From an archaeon (GTDB lineage: Archaea; Iainarchaeota; Iainarchaeia; Iainarchaeales; CSSED10-239): a DNA stretch of 13,692 nucleotides. The DNA is taken from assembly GCA_037147375.1 (NCBI GenBank), contig JBAWVI010000016.1, forward strand, positions 1 to 13,692, read 5' to 3'. This document shows positions 7,401-13,350 of this stretch, in pieces. A model generated the notes under the pieces. The model saw only the letters and a list, made by a program, of their open reading frames with translations, made no database searches and was not told where the DNA came from. A program made the translations under genes and the position numbers. The stretch's first letter is position 1. Each line of letters starts with the position of its first letter.

Positions 7401-8021
7401 ATGAGAAGTCTAATTTTAAAAATTAATGAATTGAAAAAATCTAAGATAAACACTTTAATTGAAAAAAGAGCAAAGGAATTTATTAATTTTAAAAGAACAA
7501 ACAAAAACTTATTTTCTGAACTTTGCTTTTGTACTCTTACTGCAAACTATAATGCAGAGAAAGCAATAGTTATTCAAAAAAAGGTTGGAGAAGGATTTCT
7601 TTATTTCTCAGAAGATAAGTTAAAAACCAAGTTAAAAGAACTTGGATATCGTTATCCAAATAAGCGTGCAGAGTATATTCTTGTTAATAGACAATATTAT
7701 CCTCATCTTTCAAAGATTCTAAAAGATAGTTCTGGAGAAACTTTAAGAGAATGGATAGTTAAGCACATTAAAGGACTTGGATTTAAAGAAGCAAGTCATT
7801 TCTTAAGAAACATTGGATATCCTGAGTATGCAATAATTGATTTTCATATCGTTGATCTTCTTGAAAAAGAAAAACTAATAACCAGACCAAAGAATCTAAG
7901 TCCAGAAAATTATATTAAGATAGAAAAGGTTCTTTCAAAGCTAGGCAAGAAGGTTAACCTGAACTTAGCAGAACTTGATCTCTACTTATGGTATCTTGAG
8001 ACTGGAAAGGTTTTGAAGTGA
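7401..8021 (+). CDS. ogg: N-glycosylase/DNA lyase, Ogg2-type 8-oxoguanine DNA glycosylase
   Basis: 206 aa, colinear by eye with M. jannaschii Ogg as I recall it. Shared blocks are ELCFCTLTAN, KRAEYI, the HhH-GPD block IKGLGFKEASHFLRNIGY (catalytic Lys), AIIDFHI (catalytic Asp) and the C-terminal LDLYLWYLETGKVLK. A T5 run at 8037-8041 lies downstream. Confidence 0.9.
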   Translation: MRSLILKINELKKSKINTLIEKRAKEFINFKRTNKNLFSELCFCTLTANYNAEKAIVIQKKVGEGFLYFSEDKLKTKLKELGYRYPNKRAEYILVNRQYYPHLSKILKDSSGETLREWIVKHIKGLGFKEASHFLRNIGYPEYAIIDFHIVDLLEKEKLITRPKNLSPENYIKIEKVLSKLGKKVNLNLAELDLYLWYLETGKVLK

Positions 8022-8090
8022 TTCCTTTAGCACCTGTTTTTGTAAGACAAACGCATACATATTTAAATTGATTGGATTATATATATATTT

Positions 8091-8615
8091 ATGATTCCGG
8101 ATTTAAAATCAAAACCAAAAATAGTAATCGATGCATCCTTCTGGATTAACATAGTTTATCTTGGGCTTGAAAAATATTTAATTAAATACTTTGAAGTTTA
8201 TTTTGTTTCAAAAGTGGAAGAAGAGATATTAGATGAAAGCGATTATAAGATATATGATTCAGAAGATATGGAAATATACTCTAGATTAAAAGATAGGGGA
8301 TTAATAACTATAAAAGATCCACAAAACTTTTTAACGAAATTATTTGATAACTTACAAGCAAATTCAGGAGAGTTATATAGTGTTGCACTTGCAATTGACG
8401 AAAATATGATTATTGCTACAGATGATAAAGGGCCAATTGAATATTGTATTCAAAATAATGTTAAATTTATAAATTCAGTTCATTTTTGTTTGTATTTATA
8501 TAATAAAAAAGAAATAAATTTTGAGGAAACTCAGAAATATTTTAATTTATTAACAAATAAAATTAAACAAAAATATATTGATGAAGGAAGATATTATTTA
8601 AAAAATAAAAAGTGA
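8091..8615 (+). CDS. PIN-like (DUF3368-type) putative nuclease / toxin
   Basis: 174 aa. Candidate PIN acidic residues are D in KIVIDASF, E in SKVEEEIL and D in IIATDDKG. The GELYSVALA block resembles the GEaeaiaLA motif of DUF3368-type PIN-like proteins. TATA-like TTTAAAT at 8062-8068 lies about 26 nt upstream of ATG 8091, a leaderless-type arrangement. Confidence 0.6.
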   Translation: MIPDLKSKPKIVIDASFWINIVYLGLEKYLIKYFEVYFVSKVEEEILDESDYKIYDSEDMEIYSRLKDRGLITIKDPQNFLTKLFDNLQANSGELYSVALAIDENMIIATDDKGPIEYCIQNNVKFINSVHFCLYLYNKKEINFEETQKYFNLLTNKIKQKYIDEGRYYLKNKK

Positions 8616-8621
8616 AAAATT

Positions 8622-9107
8622 ATGAATGAAAAAGATATATATAAATTAAAAAAATCAAAAACAGTAAGATTATCAGACTCTGCAGTGAAAAATATTAATT
8701 ATATGGTCAATGAAACTAAAATAAGCGAATCTGAGTTATTAAGATCAATTATTGAAAAAGCAATTACAGAATATAGATTAAAAAAAGCATTAGATGCAAT
8801 GAGACATACAAATATTTCAACATCTGGTGGTGCTAGAATTGCTGGTTTAAGTTATAGAGCATTTTTTGAAAAAGTGGTTGAAAGTGGAGTATTATCTGAA
8901 CCAGATGAAGTGAATGTTGTTGATGATAATTTTGACATTAATAAACACATAGATGATTTTTTAAAAATGATGGATAATGTTTGTGTTGTAATTCCAGAAA
9001 AGAAAAACAAACAGAATTCAGAAGATTATAATATTGGAGGAGGACTTGATAAAGTACATAAGTCAATTAAAAAATCAAAAGATCTTAAAATTAAAAAAAT
9101 CAAATAA
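8622..9107 (+). CDS. Putative antitoxin/regulator: ribbon-helix-helix (CopG-like) module fused to UPF0175-like HTH module, with a charged C-terminal tail
   Basis: 161 aa, with the start 6 nt after the stop of the PIN-like gene. The RHH-like part is KTVRLSDSAVKNINYMVNETKISESELLRSIIEKAI. The UPF0175-like part is LKKALDAMRHTNISTSGGARIAGLSYRAFFEKVVESGV. The tail is acidic and then Lys-rich (DKVHKSIKKSKDLKIKKIK). Confidence 0.55.
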   Translation: MNEKDIYKLKKSKTVRLSDSAVKNINYMVNETKISESELLRSIIEKAITEYRLKKALDAMRHTNISTSGGARIAGLSYRAFFEKVVESGVLSEPDEVNVVDDNFDINKHIDDFLKMMDNVCVVIPEKKNKQNSEDYNIGGGLDKVHKSIKKSKDLKIKKIK

Positions 9108-9197
9108 GTAATTATTTTCTTTAAATTTTGCTTGGTCAGTAACCCCCTCTCGAAAAGGATATACACTACAAAAATATAATATATATGGTGACTTTAG

Positions 9198-10034
9198 ATG
9201 ATCGATGATAATAAGAAGTTGGTTGTATTTGAAGATAAAAAGATTAGGAGAATTTGGTATAATGATGATTGGTGGTTCTCTGTTGTAGATGTCGTGGGAG
9301 CATTAACTGATAGTGATAATCCGAGAAATTATTGGAATATGATTAAAATAAGAGAAAACGAATATAGTGGAATTGAACTGTACACAAATTGTGTACAGTT
9401 GAAATTAGTAGCAGAAGATGGGAAATTAAGAGAAACTGATTGTGCAAATCTTGAGGGAATGTTTAGAATTATTCAATCTATTCCATCAAAGAAAGCAGAA
9501 CCATTCAAATTATGGCTTGCAAGAGTTGGAAATGAAAGAATTAATGAAATGCACGACCCTGAACTCACAATAGATCGTGCAATGAAGGATTATTTTAGAA
9601 AAGGTTATTCAAAAGAATGGATTAATCAAAGACTAAAAACAATTGAAGTTAGAAAAGATTTAACTGACGAATGGACTAGAGTTGGAATAGAAAAAGATTC
9701 TGATTATGCAATTCTTACAAACGAAATTACGAAAGCTTGGTCTGGAAAAACAGTTGGAGAATACAAAGACTTAAAGAACATTAAGAAAGAAAATCTTAGA
9801 GATAACATGACTAATCTTGAACAGGTTCTAAATATGTTAGGAGAAGTTACAACTACTGAAATATCAAAAGTAAGAAATCCAAAAGAATTTAATGAAAGTA
9901 AATCAATTGCAAGAGAGGGTGGAGAAGTAGCTGGAGATGCTAGAAAAACTATTGAAAAGAAGTTAGGTAAAAAAGTAATTACTAATAAAAATAATTTAGG
10001 TTTAAATGAAAGTAGATTATTAAAAGATAAATAA
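9198..10034 (+). CDS. Bro-N domain protein, DinD / prophage-antirepressor-like
   Basis: 278 aa. The N-terminal Bro-N-type block is FEDKKIRRIWYNDDWWFSVVDVVGALTDSDNPRNYW...LRETDCANLEGMFRIIQSIPSKKAEPFKLWLARVG. The C-terminal helical region (NLRDNMTNLEQVLNMLGEVTTTEIS...GGEVAGDARKTIEKKLG) has the same architecture as E. coli DinD as I recall it. A GGTGA Shine-Dalgarno motif lies at 9187-9191. Confidence 0.75.
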   Translation: MIDDNKKLVVFEDKKIRRIWYNDDWWFSVVDVVGALTDSDNPRNYWNMIKIRENEYSGIELYTNCVQLKLVAEDGKLRETDCANLEGMFRIIQSIPSKKAEPFKLWLARVGNERINEMHDPELTIDRAMKDYFRKGYSKEWINQRLKTIEVRKDLTDEWTRVGIEKDSDYAILTNEITKAWSGKTVGEYKDLKNIKKENLRDNMTNLEQVLNMLGEVTTTEISKVRNPKEFNESKSIAREGGEVAGDARKTIEKKLGKKVITNKNNLGLNESRLLKDK

Positions 10035-10131
10035 TTGGTTATAACTTAAGTATATTCTTTCTAATTAAAAATATCTCCTCTATTAAGTATTTAAGATATT
10101 TTTATATAATATTATTATTAATTTCTGGATT

Positions 10132-10413
10132 TTGCTTAATCAATTAAAAGATGGGATTAAATCAACTATAACTGAGCCATTAAATGGGCCGTTAAATAAG
10201 CCATTAAATGAGCCACTAAATGAGCCACTAAATAAAATTGATCTTATATTAAATTATATATTTAATCATCCTATGTGTAAAAGAAAAGATATTAGTAAGA
10301 ATACAAATATTTCCTTAGGTGCCCTAAAAAGAAACTTACAAAAATTAATTGATAATAACAAAATTCAAAAGATTGGGTCAGATAAGACAGGTGGATATAT
10401 AGTTAAAAAATAA
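10132..10413 (+). CDS. Repeat-containing winged-helix ORF (PLNx x5 followed by wHTH); possibly a gene remnant
   Basis: 93 aa, but only with a TTG start. There is no in-frame ATG until Met48, and the frame is open only from 10087. The C-terminal half KRKDISKNTNISLGALKRNLQKLIDNNKIQKIGSDKTGGYIVKK looks like a wHTH. It resembles the C-termini of AlbA_2/ATPase (so-called RecG-like) and Fic-type regulators, which are also preceded by short tandem peptide repeats. Confidence 0.4.
   Translation: MLNQLKDGIKSTITEPLNGPLNKPLNEPLNEPLNKIDLILNYIFNHPMCKRKDISKNTNISLGALKRNLQKLIDNNKIQKIGSDKTGGYIVKK
10177..10236 (+). repeat. Five tandem 12-nt units CCAYTAAATRRR encoding PLNG-PLNK-PLNE-PLNE-PLNK
   Basis: Read directly from the sequence: ccattaaatggg ccgttaaataag ccattaaatgag ccactaaatgag ccactaaataaa. 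Confidence 0.9.
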
Positions 10414-10452
10414 AATTAACTACAATTTATAATCTCATCTTAAATATAAAAG

Positions 10453-10534
10453 TGCAAGGGACAGGATTCGAACCTGCGAAGCACTAAGCACATGGTCCTA
10501 AGCCATGCCCCTTTGACCGCTAGGGTACCCCTGC
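10453..10534 (-). tRNA. tRNA-Leu: tRNA-Leu, anticodon UAG, class II (long variable region), no encoded CCA
   Basis: Manual fold of the reverse complement: acceptor GCAGGGG/CCCTTGC (one G-U), U8, A14, D-loop with GG. Anticodon stem CATGG/CCATG with loop CUUAGGA (anticodon UAG). 13-nt variable region, T-arm GCAGG-TTCGAAT-CCTGT, discriminator A. The variable-arm pairing is weak (about 2 bp). Confidence 0.88.
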
Positions 10535-10698
10535 AATAGCCTTTCTCACTATGAGAAAGCCTAGGGAAAGAAACTTCCCTTCCCTAAAATCTACTAAAAA
10601 GAAACTAATCCCCAAAAGAATACGCTCTTTCTAAATATCTTCTAAACCAATATATATTTATATTATTTCTTTTCATTATATATGTATAAATAAGGTTA

Positions 10699-12225
10699 TT
10701 GATGATTATGATTGAAGAAAAGAAAAGAATTGAAAGATTTGAAGAAATGATTCAAACTAGAGGATTTTATTTTCCAGCAGCAGAAATTTATTCTAATTCT
10801 TTTGCAGGATTCTTTGAGTATGGACCTATTGGAAATAAAATTAGATTAAACATAGTTAATTTCTGGAGAAGAGAGCTTGTTCAAGCACAAAGATTTCTAG
10901 AAATATCTGGAACCTTAATCTTACCAAAGGATGTATTTGTTGCATCAGGTCACTTAACTTCTTTTGATGATCCAATAGCAACTTGCCTTAAGTGTAAGGA
11001 AACATATAAGCTTGATAAATTAATTTCTACTAAAACAGGAGAAGATGTTCCTGAAAAACTATCTGATGATGATTATAAAAAATTAATTGAAGATAATAAG
11101 ATTGTTTGTGAAAAATGTAAAGGACCTCTTGGTGAAATAACTAGATTTAATTTAATGGCTCCAATTAGTGTTGGAGCACAAAAAGGAAACATAGGTTACT
11201 TAAGAGGAGAATCTTGTCAATCAATCTTTCTTGATTTTCAAAGATTATATAAAACAGGAAGAGATACATTACCAATTGGAATCTCCCAGCATGGTGTAGT
11301 TTATAGAAATGAAATATCTCCAAGAAATGGACTATTAAGAGGAAGAGAGTTTGAACAACTTGAATCAGAATTGTTCTTTGATCCAGATAAAATAAATGAT
11401 TATGATTTATCTAAAATCCAAGATTATAAGATTAGATTTAAATTATTAAAAGATAGTACAGAAAAAGATTATTCAATTAAAGAAATAACTAATAACAAGA
11501 TAGCTGTTGGTAACATAATTTCTTATTATCTTCAAGTTATGCAAGAGTTTATTGAAAAACTTGGAATCTCTCATAATCAAATTAGGTTTAAAGAAGTTTC
11601 AAATGATGATAGAGCATTTTATTCTTTACAAACATTTGATTTTGAAGTTATGTCAAGCTTTGGATGGATTGAGTTATTTTGTTTAAATTATAGAACTGAT
11701 CATGATCTTTCAGGACACTCAAAAGGTTCAAAGAAAGACTTATCAGTTAAGGAAGATGGAAAAGTAATTATGCCACATGTTCTTGAAGTTTCATCAATTG
11801 GACTTGGTAGATTATTTTATGTACTTCTTGAAAATTCATTTAAAGTTAAAGTTGAAAAGGAAGAAATAAGAAATATTCTTTCAATTAAACCAAGAATCGC
11901 ACCCTACTTTGCTGCTGTTCTTCCTCTAGTTAAGAAAGATGGTTTGTTTGAGAAAGGAGAAGAGGTTTTACAAGAAATCTTGGACAGTACAGGTGGAATT
12001 TTTGAAGTCTTCTTTGATGAGAAAGGTTCTATTGGAAAAAGATATGCTCGTCTTGATGAGATTGGATGTAACTATTGTATAACAATTGATCATCAGACAC
12101 TTGAAGATAGTACAGTAACAATTAGAGATAGAGATAGCTTCGAGCAAAAAAGAGTAAAGACAGATGATCTTTCTCAAATCTTGCTTGATTTATATTTTGA
12201 AAAGAAAGAATTTAAGACAATCTAA
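10699..12225 (+). CDS. glyS: Glycyl-tRNA synthetase, alpha2 archaeal/eukaryotic type
   Basis: 508 aa in the track, which uses a TTG start; ATG 10702 or 10708 is more likely. The N-terminus is RGFYFPAAEIYSNSFAGFFEYGPIGNKIRLNIVNFWRRELV. Class II core blocks are FNLMA, LRGESCQSIF, YRNEISPRNGLLRGREFEQLE and GLGRLFY. The anticodon-binding domain is APYFAAVLPL...IGKRYARLDEIGCNYCITIDHQTLEDSTVTIRDRDSFEQKRV. Confidence 0.93.
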   Translation: MMIMIEEKKRIERFEEMIQTRGFYFPAAEIYSNSFAGFFEYGPIGNKIRLNIVNFWRRELVQAQRFLEISGTLILPKDVFVASGHLTSFDDPIATCLKCKETYKLDKLISTKTGEDVPEKLSDDDYKKLIEDNKIVCEKCKGPLGEITRFNLMAPISVGAQKGNIGYLRGESCQSIFLDFQRLYKTGRDTLPIGISQHGVVYRNEISPRNGLLRGREFEQLESELFFDPDKINDYDLSKIQDYKIRFKLLKDSTEKDYSIKEITNNKIAVGNIISYYLQVMQEFIEKLGISHNQIRFKEVSNDDRAFYSLQTFDFEVMSSFGWIELFCLNYRTDHDLSGHSKGSKKDLSVKEDGKVIMPHVLEVSSIGLGRLFYVLLENSFKVKVEKEEIRNILSIKPRIAPYFAAVLPLVKKDGLFEKGEEVLQEILDSTGGIFEVFFDEKGSIGKRYARLDEIGCNYCITIDHQTLEDSTVTIRDRDSFEQKRVKTDDLSQILLDLYFEKKEFKTI

Positions 12226-12608
12226 TGGATCTAATGCAAATGTCAATAAAGAAATATTTTAAAGGCGGGATATTAACTGCTATTGGTTTTCTTTTATCTC
12301 CTTTATCTTGGTGGAATGATTTAATTATTAATATACCTTTAGCTTATCTTTTTTCTTTTCTATTATCCTTAGTTATTAAAGGAATATTCTTAGAATCAAT
12401 GGTTTTCTTTTATTGGTTAACAAACATACTTGGTCTTTGCTTGATGCACTATGGACTAAAGAACATGAAAAAGAAAAATCTTACTTACACAAGATACACA
12501 AAAAAAGATTTATTAATGGATATAATCTTTGCTCTTCTTTATACGTTGTTGATTGTATTATTAATAAAGTTTAAGATATTAAATTTACCAATGGAATATC
12601 TTAGTTAA
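12225..12608 (+). CDS. Small integral membrane protein (3-4 predicted TM helices), unknown function
   Basis: 127 aa. Its ATG shares its A with the glyS TAA stop (12223-12225). Hydrophobic helices are GILTAIGFLLSPLSWW, IPLAYLFSFLLSLVIKGIFL, MVFFYWLTNILGLCLM and IIFALLYTLLIVLLI. I recognise no family with confidence. Confidence 0.6.
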   Translation: MDLMQMSIKKYFKGGILTAIGFLLSPLSWWNDLIINIPLAYLFSFLLSLVIKGIFLESMVFFYWLTNILGLCLMHYGLKNMKKKNLTYTRYTKKDLLMDIIFALLYTLLIVLLIKFKILNLPMEYLS

Positions 12609-12609
12609 T

Positions 12610-13290
12610 TTAATCTGTTATTATTTTTTCTCCCTTAATCTTGTGTTCAATTAGTATATCATAGAACTCAGTTACTGCTTTTTGTGGACCAGAGATTAAA
12701 TAATTCCAATCATCTTTATTTTCAATTTTACTAAATACTTCAAAGAATAATTCTTTAGGTTTTTTAGAACTATCTTCTTTAGTTACAAGTGAGTAATATG
12801 CAAAGTTTGAATTTTGTTTTTCAAGTTCATAAAACTCATCATTATAAAAGAAATCATCATAATGGCTATTAATATAAATTAGTTTAAGATTATATGATTT
12901 ATCGCTTGCAATTAAATGAATTAGTGATCTATAGGTAGATATTCCTGATCCAAATGCAACAATTAATAGATTCTTTGAATGAATTCTATCAAGTAAAGTT
13001 TCTCCTAAAGGACCTTTATAATAAAACATATCTCCTTTTTTAAGTTTAGATATTTTAGTTGAATAAAGTCCTTGATTAATTACTCCTATATAAAGTTCAA
13101 GGAAATCTTTAGTACTAGCACTTGAGATTGTGTATGGTCTTGGAGGGATTAAGTGTCCAAACTTATCCTTAAGATAGAGTTCTATATACTGTCCTGGCTT
13201 AAAATCCATAGGTGTATCTAAAAGCAATCTATAGTGCTTGTTTTTAATTATCTTATCATATACTCTGGCTTCTTTAATTAGCATTTCCAT
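12610..13290 (-). CDS. FNR-like FAD/NAD(P)-binding oxidoreductase (ferredoxin-reductase / PyrK-like fold)
   Basis: 226 aa. Contains an RxYS-type FAD motif (RPYTISS), GLYS, GPLG, a Rossmann-like strand-loop LLIVAFGSGISTYRSLI (a degenerate GGxGxxP) and ISGPQKA (CGP-like). No Fe-S cysteine cluster is present. Confidence 0.65.
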   Translation of the reverse strand: MEMLIKEARVYDKIIKNKHYRLLLDTPMDFKPGQYIELYLKDKFGHLIPPRPYTISSASTKDFLELYIGVINQGLYSTKISKLKKGDMFYYKGPLGETLLDRIHSKNLLIVAFGSGISTYRSLIHLIASDKSYNLKLIYINSHYDDFFYNDEFYELEKQNSNFAYYSLVTKEDSSKKPKELFFEVFSKIENKDDWNYLISGPQKAVTEFYDILIEHKIKGEKIITD

Positions 13291-13350
13291 ATTAGAATAG
13301 ATACCCTAATACCTTTAAATCCTTTTGCTTTCCTATATAATATATTGTAA
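13291..13350. promoter_or_regulatory. Divergent promoter region for the FNR-like gene (minus) and tRNA-Thr (plus)
   Basis: TTTAAAT at 13314-13320 is about 31-37 nt upstream of the mature tRNA 5' end, which fits a tRNA promoter with a short leader. CTATATAATATATT at 13333-13346 is too close to the tRNA to serve it. It is well placed as a minus-strand TATA box for the FNR-like gene (ATG at 13290). Confidence 0.4.

Noticed and set aside
9121-9165. Locally G+C-richer patch TTGCTTGGTCAGTAACCCCCTCTCGAAAAGG between the RHH/UPF0175 gene and the Bro-N gene, as a possible small RNA or tRNA fragment
   Set aside because: It has no convincing stem (at most 3 bp), no similarity to either tRNA in the window, and no box motifs. 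It shares only a 9-mer (ATTTTGCTT) with 10127-10135, which is weak. It is most simply a spacer/5' UTR of the Bro-N gene.
10177-10236. Tandem 12-nt repeats as a possible mini-CRISPR or non-coding satellite
   Set aside because: The units are contiguous with no spacers, only 12 nt long, in frame, and encode a regular PLNx peptide. This is a coding tandem repeat, not a CRISPR array.
6926-10452. Direct repeat of the tRNA-Leu 3' segment (att site) marking the far border of the islet
   Set aside because: I looked by eye in the spacers 6926-7092, 8022-8090, 9108-9197 and 10035-10131 for GGATTCGAACC-like or GCAAGGGAC-like strings and found none. A computational search is still needed, so the integration hypothesis stays unproven rather than disproven.
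11968-12177. Track ORF 11968-12177 (-)
   Set aside because: Antisense to the conserved anticodon-binding domain of glyS, so it is a shadow ORF.
13333-13346. CTATATAATATATT as the TATA box of tRNA-Thr
   Set aside because: It ends only 5 nt before the mature tRNA 5' end, whereas archaeal TATA boxes sit about 25-30 nt upstream of the start site. TTTAAAT at 13314-13320 fits better for the tRNA, and this element fits the divergent FNR-like gene.
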